Positions 44,464 to 57,325 of a stretch of DNA of 64,000 bases are shown piece by piece; position 1 is the first letter of the stretch; every line of letters begins with the position of its first letter. The stretch is from positions 124,001-188,000 of the forward strand of contig CAXHJY010001441.1 in the NCBI GenBank assembly GCA_964016885.1, in the 5' to 3' direction. Both the position numbers and the translations under genes were made by a program. The stretch comes from Eledone cirrhosa (taxonomy: Eukaryota). The notes below the pieces were generated by a model. It was not told the origin of the DNA. It saw nothing but the letters and a program-made list of their open reading frames with translations, and searched no databases.

Positions 44464-47039
44464 ATGTACATTATTACTCTCTAAATTTCCCGTATATGTC
44501 TTCATTTCTTTGTCCCTCTATATATGTTAGTCTCTCTCTCTCTCTCGTCTGTATCCATGCCCACCCACACAACTCCCACTTCCTCTCTTTATTTATTTAT
44601 TTTCTTTCTAATTCTATATTTATATCTCATATTTTCATTGTATCTCATTTTTTTTTTGTTTAACCAGAATAAATATATTGTTGACATAATTATAAATTGG
44701 TCAAACATACAGAAAAAGCAAGTATTGGGAAGGGCTATAAATGCCATAAATGAGAGGAGAAGGAGGGGAAAAGTGACGACTACCACACAAAGGAAGGAAG
44801 AAATGACGAGATGACAGACTCTACACCTAAGTCAGAGCGGTGTTTCGGCTGCATCCCACAGACAAAATGATATTTCAACGTCACTCTATCACACAGCGGC
44901 TCTTACCTCACTCAGTTTTTCTCCGTCCCAGTCTCCCTCTTTTCAGTCTTTGACATCGCTCCCCCTCCCCACCACCACTACCATTCCCTACTATTTTTCT
45001 CTCTGCCATTATGTATTTCATCGTGTATGTTTGTTTCAGTCACCCCTTCTTACTCTCTTCAAGTGTTTCTTTAAAAGTCCCAGTAATTTATTTTCAGTCT
45101 ATATTAATCAAACCTGATTAATTAGCCATAATCCGGTCAGAAAATACAACCCTTTTTTGCCCACCCGACACTAGTGGTTCCTGAAGAATGCCATGGGCTC
45201 CACAATTGCTGCTAGGGGAGAGTCATTTGAAAGAATGGCTGACACAACTTCAAAGCATCGGCAAGATCCTGGATGCTATGGACAAGATCCTACAGAGTAA
45301 ATCTGGATAATCCCTCATCACATACTCTAAAAATATAATAGTGGAGACCTTTTTGGAGTGTGGCTTGTTCACCCCCACTTATCATGAAGAATGGTGGATT
45401 GCAAAACCTATCGACATATCTACACCCTTCAGACACATGCACACAGACACACGTACCCACACACGACCCCCTCCCCGTACACACTTACACAGAAACGCAA
45501 ACATTCACACACACATAAACATGCATAAAATACATATATATCTCCAGAATGTCACAGGAACACACACACAAACACATTATGTTTGAAAATGTCTCTGGTG
45601 TATATTTGCTGAAGATATAAACATAGAGGAAATATAACAAAAGCGGCATAAACTGGTGCTTTGTTGCAAATAGACCTTAAGTTATTTTTTCCGCCATTAC
45701 AGGACATGCACTGAATTAAGTAACTATATCGCTGGAATATTATCACCAACGGCAATATTGTTCTGTTCACAAAATACATCATCTAAACATAAAATAAAGT
45801 AAAATAAATAGAAAGTTAATGCAAATACTTTGCTATCGTGTGATTCTAAGCTAGCTGTGTAATAATGGTTTACATTGACATTAATACATATCAGTATTTT
45901 ACAGCAGCAGACAACTAAGTGATTGTCAATAAATTCTCAGGTTTTAATAACGTAATGTTTGAGATAAGTTATTGTTTATATGAATATAACTAATCAGACT
46001 ATTAAAATATTATAACTGTTCAGTCTATTGAAATGTTTTAATATTAACATCTACACAACGTCGCGATTGTTTTGATCTTTATTTGTCATCTGATATTTTA
46101 TTTCTATGAATTATTTAAACACTTTTCATCTCCAGAAATGGAGTTAATAGTCCGAAAATATTGTCCTCCACATTGTCAGAAATCTGGAAAAATATTCAAG
46201 CCATTCTAATACAATTATGCTAACGCTACATAACATACGAAGAGAGACTGTTTGAAACTGAAAAGCATTAAATATTTAGTTAATACACCGGTTAGTGATA
46301 AACAAATTGTCCGTGGCTTCTGTATGCCTTGTGAGAAGATGGACATGCACCAAGAATGATTCTCTCCGTAAGGTGTTTTATTGAAAAATATCCGTTGACG
46401 TGTATGCAGGGGTCCCCAATCTGCGCCATTTATATTTTTCAAATTATAGTACCATCAAAGTTCATCTAGTGCTCAAACAATTCCAATAATTTATGCCTTC
46501 CGTTGGTACTTTATTTGTTCTCCGAGTAGCGCTGAAGCGCAAAATTGATCTTTGCAGAATTTGGGTCGGCGCTCTCACATTTCGGCAATCCACTACCTGA
46601 AAATTTAAAAATGAGAGAAATCTGTTGGCAGTTTCGATAATAACAGTTATTAACAATAGTAACTGATTGATTGTCTGGTTTAGTAGTGACAAAATAAAAT
46701 ATAGAAACTGCTAAAATGAAAAATGAAATATTGATGTAGAAAAAATACGGTGTTTTAAAATGTATGTACTTATTTACTAATAAGATTGGCTCTGAGTGTA
46801 GTCTCAGATGAATACTTACATTTGTTTTTATTTCATAGTGAATTACTGCCAACCTCTATTTAATCAGCGGTTCTCCTAGGGTATGACTAAAAAAGCCTGT
46901 GTCAAAGAATTCTCGGAAAGATGATGCGCAAACATAATACTTGTTTTAATCTATTTTATCCTGTTTTACCCTATTCTTATGGTATCTTATTTATTCCATT
47001 CTAATGTATTTTAAAATTTCTGTTAAAATTTGTGAAGAT

Positions 47040-47830
47040 AATGCCCCACTGAAGCCAGGTTTACTCCCTACCATTTCTATGATGTATCGCATGTGGTGTA
47101 GGTTGTCAGGTATGGACCTGGTCGGGATTGCGCTTCCCCTACCAGATCCTCGGTTATAAGTGCCACCCTTTTCGCTAAAAGCTTTACCAAGACCAAAATC
47201 TTAAACTCTTTGATTAGCAAAGTTATGGGCCTGAAATTATCTAATGTGTCCATCGTGTTCATGACTTCCCTCATCAGCATTACTACTCACCGGTTCACAG
47301 AACAGGGAATAATCTGGCTATGCTGCCAGTTGCAGGAGACCGCTTCGAGAATGTCTAGCAAATCTATGTAAAACTTGTAGTCAGACCACCGAAACCGGGT
47401 GATTTGACCTCGTGCAACTGATCAGGGCATCTTGAATCTGGGCTGATGTTTTCGGCCTTTCACAGCACTCAGCATCAGCTAGAGAAAGTCGCGGAAGGCC
47501 GTCATGGCAGTAACTGAAATCCGCTACTGTCTCCTACCCCCAACAGCCGAGCAAAGTTCTAGCGAAAGGCTTCACACATCTTACTGGAGTCGTTCAGCAC
47601 GTGTTCGCCTCAGTAACTCGGGCCAGCTTTGGTTCCGTCGTTTCTTCGAGCACGTGCCTTAGCTCTGACAATGCAACCTTCGTGTTTCGCATTGAAAAAA
47701 TGGTCTAATGCCATTCTCGCCGCCATCACGTCAGCTGCAATTTCATTTTTAATCGTCTCATCTAATTTAGCAGCCATCTCCCTCTCCTTCCTATTCCTTT
47801 CTATCGCTACTTCTGTTTTATTTTATCTAT
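47040..47830 (-). mobile_element. Internal L1/Tx1-like ORF2 fragment (RT N-terminal region)
   Basis: DTLDNFRPITLL..EFKIL...LAKR; colinear with 53800-54650 and 58600-59440. Confidence 0.88.
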
Positions 47831-47834
47831 CCCG

Positions 47835-47950
47835 TAATGATGGAAAGCAAAGTTAACCTTGGCTGGACTAGAACACTATAATATATCAAAACGATATCTC
47901 AGCTACGAGAAGCCCACATCCTGCGCAAAACAATATCAACTCAATAACAC
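47835..47950 (+). mobile_element. R4-like LINE C-terminal remnant
   Basis: GCCCACATCCTGCGCAAAACAATATCA reads AHILRKTIS, resembling the terminal TAHILRK motif of RLE elements; short and decayed. Confidence 0.45.
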
Positions 47951-48065
47951 AGCTGAAATAGAACCATTTACACTCACAACACATACACAAACATTACAAT
48001 AAGGACCTAACACAACTTATATAACATATACTCTACAAAATAACACAACTCACTTTACACACACC

Positions 48066-48403
48066 ATACACAACTAAAGAAACACTAAAAATAACGCAGA
48101 AAAATAAACTACGCCCCATAATATAACAAGACTGATGCAATACATTAGCATGTGAAGTATTTACTTCTTACAACAGACCTGTCAACTCTCTCCATCGGAC
48201 GGGGTGATCTCCCCATTTGGGGGCACTTTTTTTCAATGTTACTCCGTTTGGGCTTTTAGAGGTTAGCAGGTCTGAGATTAATACTTAATAAAATAATACA
48301 ACTAAACAAACACTAAAAAATAACGAGGAAGAATATTCCACGCACCATAACATAAGAAGACTGATGTTGTACATTAACATGTGAAGTATTTACTCCTCAC
48401 AAC
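48066..48403 (+). repeat. Diverged direct repeat of about 110 bp (48066-48174 and 48297-48403)
   Basis: Both copies carry ACAACTAAA.AAACACTAAAAATAACG...AAGACTGATG..TACATTA.CATGTGAAGTATTTACT.CT.ACAAC. Confidence 0.85.
48174..48274. mobile_element. 101-bp MITE-like element with terminal inverted repeats
   Basis: Left end CAGACCTGTCAACTCT; right end reverse complement CAGACCTGCTAACCTCT. A related left end lies at about 49060-49105. No TSD seen. Confidence 0.55.
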
Positions 48404-48434
48404 CCCCACAAAAACAAGAACTCACAATGCTGCA

Positions 48435-48712
48435 CACATCTCAGGAATACGGAGCTGCATTAGAAACTCACATGAAAATGTCGAAGAAATATTAGTAATA
48501 ATAATAGTTTTAGAAAATGACAATGTGAAATTACTACGAAGCTTTAGTATGCCAAACAGGCATTGAGATTGCACGTAATACGCCTGATATTATTTTTCCA
48601 TAACAAAAATGACAATAGTCTATTGATTATCAACGTCTCAATACCAAATTATTATAGCGTTGTATAGAAGCGAGCTGAACGGCTTCAGAATTACACTGAC
48701 TTTGCTGTTGAA
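48435..48712 (+). mobile_element. Decayed R4-like RLE-domain fragment
   Basis: Pieces read VLENDNVKLL, IARNTPDIIF, LLIINVSIP and ERLQNYTDFAVE, in the order expected for an RLE domain. Confidence 0.65.
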
Positions 48713-48859
48713 TGACAAAAAAATACTAAAAACACTGAGGAAATTACGAAATGTGTTTATCAACCTATTTATTATTGACACAAATGTACAACCAATTCTC
48801 TAAGTACAATATTACAGTTATAATTTCTATAAGGATAGGCCTAAATGTTTTTAGTGGGT

Positions 48860-48985
48860 TCAGTCAATGGACTGCGGCCATGCTTGGCCACTGGCTCGAT
48901 TTAATCGATCACATCAACCTTAGTATTTACTTTTTCAACCCTTGCGCATATTTTATGATTTTGTTTTGCCAAGCTGCTCTTTTAC
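48860..48985 (+). mobile_element. Decayed SINE body, octopus-type
   Basis: TGGACTGCGGCCATGCTTGG...TTTTGCCAAGCTGCT, recognised from memory as a common octopus interspersed repeat. Confidence 0.45.
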
Positions 48986-49225
48986 TGTGCTTAAATACAA
49001 CGACAGACTGAACCCCTCTTCCCAAAGAAACATGATTACAATGCGAACGCCTTAACTGAAACATGTCAACTCTCCCCGTCTGATGGTGAGATCACCCATT
49101 TACTTTGAGGTGGGTTAGAGATGTTTTATCTTGTAAAAATGGGTATAGCTTTCATTATGTAAAATCTCCCCATTTTGTCTCATTTCTCCCCGTTTTGGGT
49201 CCCTTTTTTCATGGTACATGGTACA

Positions 49226-49397
49226 TAATTGTTTCTAGTTTGGGCACAGGCCAGCAATTACCCAGTGTATTACTGGTACTTTATTTTATCGATCCCGTAA
49301 GGATGAGAGGAAAAATCAACCTCGGCGGGATTTGAACTCAGATCGTTAAGGGACGTAACTATGTTGGAAAGCATGGCATCCGACCCTCTACCGATAA
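49226..49397 (-). mobile_element. tRNA-derived SINE, same family as 37553
   Basis: Closely matches 62738-62910 (GGCCAGCAAT.ACCCAGTG.ATTACTGGTACTTTATTTTATCGA.CCCGTAAGG...AACCTCGGC.GGATTTGAACTCAGA). Confidence 0.85.
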
Positions 49398-49504
49398 TGA
49401 AAGCTATTACCCATTTTTACAAGAGAAGACATCTCTCACGCACCCCAAAGAGGGTGGGATATCTCTCCGTCAGACAGGGAGAGTTAACAGAAACTGCATG
49501 AGTG

Positions 49505-49532
49505 AGTGAGAGAGAGGGGGAGAGAGAGAGAG

Positions 49533-49576
<44 letters not shown>

Positions 49577-49578
49577 AA
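49505..49578. repeat. (GA)n/(GATA)n microsatellite
   Basis: Read directly. Confidence 0.9.
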
Positions 49579-50301
49579 AGTTCGCCAATAATTTCCAAAA
49601 GTTATTGACGCACTCTTTAATGCGTTGAAACGTCCGAGACCCCCACCAGTCAACTCATGAGGGGATATGTCCCTTGTTTGTACTTTCTTTATATTTCTAA
49701 ATACACTTTATCTGTAACTACACAGCACCTTGTTTCTTTTAATTTTATACATATATATATATCAAAAGTATATATTAAGTTAAAAACTCACATTAGTCCC
49801 TTATAATCAAAGTTTGCCGAGCCGAACAATACCATAAAAAGAGACGAACACAGATATATACATATATGCGTTCAAATCAGAAGGGACAAAAACCGTCAAG
49901 GCGAAGCGAATACTGACTGAAGATAATAAGGTTCATAGGACTCAATTAACAGGATAAATTAAGATTTACAAACTGATTATGATAACTATCAACATCCAGA
50001 CAGCTTTGGGGAGAACTGTTTCGCATTTCAGTGGAGATAGTTAGAGATCCCATGGTCTTCAGTGGGTGTTCCTATCTGTAATCTGTCCACTACTAATTTC
50101 TCATGTTTTATATATATATATATATAAGCAAGTATAGCTAGAAGAAAAATATAGACTTCGACGAGAGGAGATAGAAAGAATTTAATTTATTGACTTTAAC
50201 ATATGTTTCTGTGCCTATTATAATAGTCTACATATGCTGACTATAATATATATTGTTCAATCATATGCAATACTTAATTATTTTTCAAAACCTTATCTAT
50301 C

Positions 50302-50339
<38 letters not shown>

Positions 50340-50409
50340 GGAACGATCGACTTTCGTCAAATCGGACCGAGGGAACAATGTTTCCGTTGGTCTTTCCAAT
50401 TGCTAATAC

Positions 50410-50550
50410 TATCTATCGGTCGCAACTCCAGGTAGAAGGAGCAACGTGAAATAAAGTGTCTTGCTCAAGGACATAACGCATCGCCTGGTCCAGGAATCGA
50501 ACTCACAACCTTACGATTGCGAATCTCTCTAACCACTCAGCCACACGCCT
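50410..50550 (-). mobile_element. tRNA-derived SINE, second family
   Basis: Minus strand reads AGGCGTGTGGCTGAGTGGTTAG (A box) ... GAGTTCGATTCC (B box) ... GTTATGTCCTTGAGCAAGACACTTTATTTCAC. Confidence 0.8.
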
Positions 50551-50551
50551 T

Positions 50552-50778
<227 letters not shown>

Positions 50779-50869
50779 AGTCGCGCTGGTAAAGACATAT
50801 ACACGAAACAGACTTATTGAATGAGTGAGTGACCATACTCGGGAATATTTCAATGTACTCGGACATGAA

Positions 50870-51157
50870 GATTAAGATCATTTGGTTGAATAGTTATGTC
50901 AAAGACTAATATGAAAACATGTGCCTCTTAATCTAACTCTATCAGTACCAACAGATGGCCATGAAACGTTTAAAGAAATAGAGAAATGATTCCGATCTGA
51001 AGACATGGAAATAAAGGTAATGAGAATGTGGAAACTGAAACAATTCCTACAATTATGTGTTGGTTAAAGAAATTAGACAAATACTTAACCAAACCCCCAA
51101 GAATTACAAATAGACATTACATACAAAAAGCCACACTACTATCTACTGTACAAATAA
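50870..51157 (+). mobile_element. Decayed R4-like RLE C-terminal fragment
   Basis: Pieces read MCLLI, SVPTD...KEIEK, DMEIKVMRMWKLK and IQKATLLSTVQI, typical of RLE-element C-termini. Confidence 0.7.
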
Positions 51158-51310
51158 TGATTTCTTAGTTAAGCACAAGGTCAACAATTTGTGGGTTTGG
51201 GGAGTCGATTAAATCGACCCTTGTAGGTGACATTTATTATATCGACTCTTTAAGGATGGCATTTGAAATCAGAACGTAAAGAGAAATAACTCTATGCCGC
51301 AAAGTATGTT
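51158..51310 (-). mobile_element. Decayed SINE, same family as 62930
   Basis: GCACAAGG.CA.CAATTT..GG..GG..AGTCGATTAAATC.ACCC...TATCGAC...AAGGATG...ATTTGAA.TCAGAACGTAAAG. Confidence 0.7.
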
Positions 51311-51845
51311 TTCCAATGCCCTACAGATACTGCCAAGCGCTTGAAGACATTCCAGTCTCCAAGCGCTCCATCTCGGTCTTCGCTTGACCCAGGACTGCAG
51401 CTCCGTCAAGGAGACGAGCTCGGGAAACACGCTTCTAGCAAACGGAGACCACACCTTATCACAGTCGAGGAAGAGGTGGAGATGTCGTAGCCTGAGCGCG
51501 TGTCTGTGCACCATCAACCACGGCATGCCCAGCCCTCCGCGTAGCGGGCGTTGACAGCAGATGAACTGCCTGACCATCGGAGCACGTCCCTTCCACATAA
51601 AGCGAATTAGCAAACGCTCCAACGCAGTAACGCGAGCTTACGACAAGGCATGACGGTCAAGTGCTAGTAGATGACGGACGTGATGTACGCGTTCGCCACC
51701 TCCGCTCGACTTTTCAGGGATAGCTTCCTCTCTGTTCATTTCTGAGAGAGAGAGGCCACCCTATTCGTCACATTGTCCCAGTTTTTGTCCGTCTGGAGGT
51801 CCGGACCGAACCACACCCATAGCAATTTAACCCGTCCTTCCGTCC
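51311..51845 (-). mobile_element. L1/Tx1-like ORF2 internal fragment (post-RT)
   Basis: RFMWKGRAPMVRQFICCQRPLRGGLGMPWL, homologous to ORF 52512..53144. Confidence 0.88.
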
Positions 51846-54800
51846 AATAATAACAATAATAATAATAATAATGATGATTTTATTTATTACACACCAGGGC
51901 CGACATGTAGGGGAGAATACAAAGACAGGGTCAGTGGTGGTTTACAATAAGGTCGAGTAAAAGTGCACAATGGCATGACTAATTTAACAATGAAGATATA
52001 CAAATATATATAATAAACTATGTATAAATATGACAAAATAAATAAATTCCTCCATCGGGGGTGGACGACCCAGGGGTGACTCAGGTACCCTACCAATCCT
52101 GAACCACCCTGCGCTTCTAGGGCACACAGAGAGAGCACCCATCTCAAGTTAGCTAGCCTATAGGCACATGGTCAGACTAGGCCCATTCACACAGGCCATT
52201 CTCGCCACATACACCCTTTTAGCAAATGTACTGGGAGGCATAACTTCTCTCTCCACCCTCACCTTCCTTTCCAGGTGAAACTTGAAGAAGTTGATGAGGG
52301 ATTGGCCGAAGAGAAAAGTATCTGTATTCAGTCCTTTTAACCTGGTCCACCATATAACCTCTTTCGCAACTGCCACAAGACAGAGGAAAATTGCCTGCTC
52401 TTCCTGACCTATTGAGGGTGGCGGGTCGATCTTCACTATGGACTCGGCCGGTAGCCGGATCCGTTCGACACACGAGAGTAGCTGTTCGATATAAATCCAC
52501 AAGTCAGTAATTTATGGACGGACATTGGACAAGTACGTGCAGAACGGTTTCATCGCTCTGTGCGCATCTTGGGCAGGCCCGGCTGACAGCACACGCGTGC
52601 CTGTAGAGTTTATCCCGAACCGGCAGTGCCCCCGGTATCTCTGCCAAGCGAGGGATTTCTGGAAATTGTCCATCGTCCCCGGCTCGAAAGTCCTCCGGTA
52701 CAGATAGGGCAGTTCGACTTCGTCAAGGCCCAAAGCCTCTCCGAGTGCGTCATCGCACTTGCCCAACACTAATCCTCTATAGAACTCGAGAGTGGAAGTT
52801 CCACTGATCGCATTTCCCGCTTGATAGAGGGCAATGAAGGCCTGGCAACATTCCAGATGCCAGTCACCCAGTCTCAGTTTCTTCTTGTCCCAGGGTTGCA
52901 GCTCAGTCAAAGAAACGAGCTGCGGAAGGGCCCGTCTGATAAGCGGCGAGCACACCTGTTCACCGTTTAGGCAGAATATCTGGAGATGTAGCAGCCTCAG
53001 CGCATGTCTGCGCATCATTAGCCACGGCATGCATATCCCTCCGCGTAGAGGGTGCTGGCAGCAGATGGACCGCCTCACCAACGGAACTTGTCCTCTCCAC
53101 AAGAATTTGAAGAGGAGACGTTCCAACTTGAGGAGGCGTTCCAACTTGACGGGGAAAATGCACGATGGTCACTCGATTTACGCATTCTCCACCTCCGCGC
53201 GACCTTCAGTGATATCTTCCTCGCAGCCCATTTATGGGTAAGACTGTCTACCCTGTTCGTTACCTCGTCCCAATTCTTATCCACCTGGAGGTCTGGCTCG
53301 AACCAAACCCCGAGCAACTTTACCGGTCTTTCCGTCCAGCGCCCAACGTCGCTGTTGGACGGCATGGACTTGCCTCTCCAGGTGCCGAGTTGCAAGCCCT
53401 CCGACTTTTCTGGGTTAAGTTTTGCTCCCGTCAACCTTTCATATTCCTCCAATTAAATGCCCACAACCTCGATTTCTGAGGTGTTCGACACCATTACGGT
53501 GATGTCGTCCGCATAAGCCGACACAGCCTTTCTACGTCCCGGTTCGAGCGGGATGCCCTGAACAGCTCCAGCTTCCTCAGTAAAGGCTCGAGAGTCAATA
53601 CGTACAGAAGGGAAGAAATAGGGCACTCTTCACCGACCGATCGGGGGAGCGGTGGCCATTAAACTTCACCACCGAACATGTGCCGCTGTGCATTGCAGCG
53701 ATCCAGCTTCTAAAGACAGGGCCGAAGCCAGCCGCTTTGAGGTCAGCCTCTATATACCAATGGTCGACCCTATCGAATGATTTCGATTGATCTAAATTGA
53801 TCAGTGCCCCACCGAAGCCAGGTATACATCCTACCCTCTCTATGATGTGTCGCATGAGGTGGAGATTGTCGTGTATGGACCTGGCTGGGATTCCGCCTCC
53901 CCAACCAAATCCTCGACGACAAGCGCCAATCTCTTTGCTAATACCTTGGTCAAAATCTTAAACTCTGTGTTGAGCAGAGTTATGGGCCTGAAGTTGTCTA
54001 ATGTATCCCTCTTGTTCTCGTCTTTCCTCATCAGCGTCACCACTCCCCTGCTCACAGAACTGGGAATACTCCCATTCTGCTACCAGTTGCAGCAGAGAGC
54101 TTCGAGGGCATCGGAGAACAAGTCTGGCATATTTACGTAAAGCTCGTAGGGCAGGCCATCCAAACCGGGTGACTTGCGCCTCATGCAGCCGACAAGAGCG
54201 TCCTAAATTTCGGCTGAAGCATTTCGCAGCGCTTAGTGTCGACCGTCGAGATGCGCGGCAAGCCGTCAAGGTAAGGACGGAATCCGCTACTCTCTCTGAC
54301 CGCCACTCTCCCATAACAACCGAGGAAAGTGCTAGCGAAAGGCTTGATACATCCGCTTGGGATCGCTTATCTCTTGTCCGTCTGGGTCCGCCTAAGACCG
54401 AATTATGGTTTTATTACCACGGTGCGCCTCCGCCACGCGGGCCCATCGAACAGCCTTAGTTCCCTCGTTTTTCAGCGCAAGCGCCTTAGCTCTGACAATG
54501 CAACCTTCGTATTTCGCATTGAATAAATGGTGTAATGCCATTCTCACCGCTAGCACGTCAGTTGCAATGCCACTACCAATAGCCTCGTCTAACTTATCTA
54601 CCAGCTCCCCCTCCTTTCTATTTTTCTCTAACGCTAGTTCTTTGCTGAACTCTATCGAAGTTACTCTAATCTCTCTTTTGAGAACCTCCTACCATCTGTT
54701 CTTGATGATCCCCCTGTCAACTTTTGCTTAACTAAATTGTTGACTCGGTCCCTGTAATCATTACGTGCCGGAAATGACATGATCAGCTTCCAGTAACCCG

Positions 54801-57325
54801 GTCCCAACCAGCGCGTTTCATCTAGGTCAACCATACAGATCACAAATTTGTGATCTGAATAGGCGACCATTTTAAAAAGTGGACAGCCTACACTATTTCT
54901 ATCTATTTTCCTAGATGACCCTATGCGGTTAGTCCACGTCCACACTGGCGCATTGGGGAAATCTAGTCGATACCTGTCAGACAGATAGAACTGGCTGATT
55001 ATGTTCTTGATGCTTTTGCATACCCCGCTTCTATCAGCTACTCCCACACAATCCCAGCGTGCGTCTAAGATGCCGTTCCAGTCCCCTGCTAACAGTAAAG
55101 GGGGAGACGTACCCAGAAAGGTCTCCAGGTGCCTAAAGAAGTCCGGTCGTCCGGCCCCAGTAGGGGCGTAGACGGCCAGCAGTCTAAAGGCACCACCTTC
55201 GCCACTGCTCACATCCAGGACCAACAACTTACCGTCCGGGTCCCGGAAGATCGACCTTACCTAGATATCCAGTCCTTTCCTAAACAGCACTGCCACGCCA
55301 CCTACCATTCCCGGCCTGCTAACAGATGCGAAGATCTGATAGTCGTCGAAGATGGGGGCTAGTGCGCGCGTGTCGGAAATCCTTGTCTCGCTGACGGCAA
55401 TCACATCCATTTCCAGAGACCTGAGGTCGTTGAGCAGGAGACCCTGCTTCCAGGGTGACCCCAGGTCGCAAACATTTAAACTTCCTACTCTTAATATGGT
55501 CAGTTGGCAAGCTAAAAGAGAGAGGGAAGGTTTACTTACCTCCCGCGGTCTTGTGAAGGTCGGGTGGTTCGACCTCCCTGGTTGGCGGGGTTTCTCTTGG
55601 GAACCCCTTTAAAAGTCTCGATGTGGGTTTCACATTCAGGGTTCGCTATTCTTGAGGAAAGTTCTCCCGAATTTCTTTGAAGGAATCGAGTGACATTCGG
55701 ACCAGGAGCAAATCTTCTGGCACGCAAAATGTGCTCATTTCAAAGAACTCCCCCTCTGTTTGAATGTCCTCGCTTCGTGCTAAGAGTGCCATCAGTTTAT
55801 CGCTGGCCCGTCTGACAAGCACGAAGTTTTTAATATTTTGTTGGTGTGGTTTTATTTGTTTTCGTTTTGGTGACTGTGGTGGTGATGGTTTTGGTGGTGT
55901 TGTTTCGGGTTTTTCTGTGTTTGTTGTAGGTGTTGTGTCTGCAATTTCAGCTGCAATTTTGCAATTTTTTGTGTTTATTTGTTCTTGTGTTTGTTTAGGT
56001 TGTTTGTTTTGGGGATCGTGGGGGTGGTGTTGACGTTGATGTTGGTGCTGATGTTATTGGGGGAGTGTTTGCGTTAGTGGTGTTTGTATTTTTTGTTGTG
56101 TAGGTTTCTGTGTTTTTGGGGGCTTTTTTTTGGTGAGTCTACTCTTTTGTTTTTTTGCCACTTTTGGTTTTCCTTCATCTTCGCTGCTGGAAGACATAGG
56201 GTCTGTGGCTGTGAGTATATGTGGCTGTGTGTGCGTTTATTGTTTTGTCTATGTGTATAATTGGAAGGGTAGGGGGAGTGGGAGGGCTTACCTCGTTTTC
56301 CCCTTGGATTGGTTTCGGTGTTGGTGGTGGTCGGGCTGCTTTTGATGTTGGTGGGGTTACCCGTGTCTTTGTTGGTGTTGTTTTTGCTGGTGGTGGTTCA
56401 GCTTTCCGTGCTGACACTGGCGTTGGCAACAAAGGAGGATTGCGAGCCCCTGCATTTTTCAGCTAAAGGCAGAAGGCTTGCAGATTTGTTGCTTCCCCGC
56501 AGACGAAGTAGTGCGGCCCTCCTCCCTCAGTGATTAACTGGATTTTTGTCCCATCCTGCAGCCGAGCAAAATCCGGGATGTTGTTGATGTCCTGTGGTTT
56601 CATTTGCAGAAGAATCTCCAAATCCATGCCGAACCAGTCTTCTCTCTCTGTTCTTTTGATATCTAGGAGGGTAGTGTCTGTCCCCTCCTCGATAACGCAT
56701 CCCAGATCCACCATATGGTCATTCCTGGTGGGATCCTGTGAATGCGGACCTTTCCTGTCCTTTTTCCCATGTAGGACGAGTGCATGATAATGCGTTCCGT
56801 TATGCAAAGGGTCACCGAGTGCTTAATAGCAAGGGCCTCGGTTTTGAACAGTGCCGAGATGATACCGAACTGCTTGGCACTTGTTTTGTACTCGATGTCA
56901 CTTCCGATACACCTCAAAGCCGCCTCGACCTCCGCTTGGCTGGCGAGTTCTACTTTGCGTGTCTGCACTGAAATGCATCGAAAATACACCATCCTCCTTT
57001 GCATGGCCGCTATTTCCCCGTCCGGGTTGGTCAGGTTTTCCCAGGACTTCTCTCGTTTAATTAAACTCCACGCCTGGACCAACTGTTGTTCCTTATCGCT
57101 AATATCTACATAGAAAAAGCGCTTTGTTTTCGCTGCTGCCGCTGCAAAGGTGGTGCCTCTGTTGCTCTTGTTTTTGGTTTTGTCGTTCTTGCTGTTGTTG
57201 TTGGTGTTGTCGTTGTTGTTTTGTTTGTTGCTGTTACCGTTGCCACCGCCATAATATTTACATTGAGGCTATCGGTGTTATGGTCCTTGTTGTTGTGATG
57301 GTGGTGGTGGTGGAGGTGGTGGTGG
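51846..57325 (-). mobile_element. Near full-length L1/Tx1-like LINE, copy A (ORF1, ORF2, 3'UTR, (TTA)n tail), decayed
   Basis: ORF1 remnants at 57120-55600 include a knuckle-like YFVCGEATNLQAFC. ORF2 runs about 55500-52158 with APE motifs (VGSLNV, AVYAP, LLAGDWN, YSDHKFV), RT motifs (NFRPITLLNTEFKIL, LDQSKSFDRVDH, AYADDI, VKLLGVWF) and RGGxxMP. The 3'UTR 52157-51880 ends in AATAAA plus (TTA)n. Many frameshifts. Confidence 0.92.

Noticed and set aside
45170-45410. Possible old LINE fragment
   Set aside because: Only a vague resemblance; I could not read a convincing motif.
50490-50550. tRNA gene
   Set aside because: A and B boxes are present but there is no intact cloverleaf, and it continues into a SINE body.
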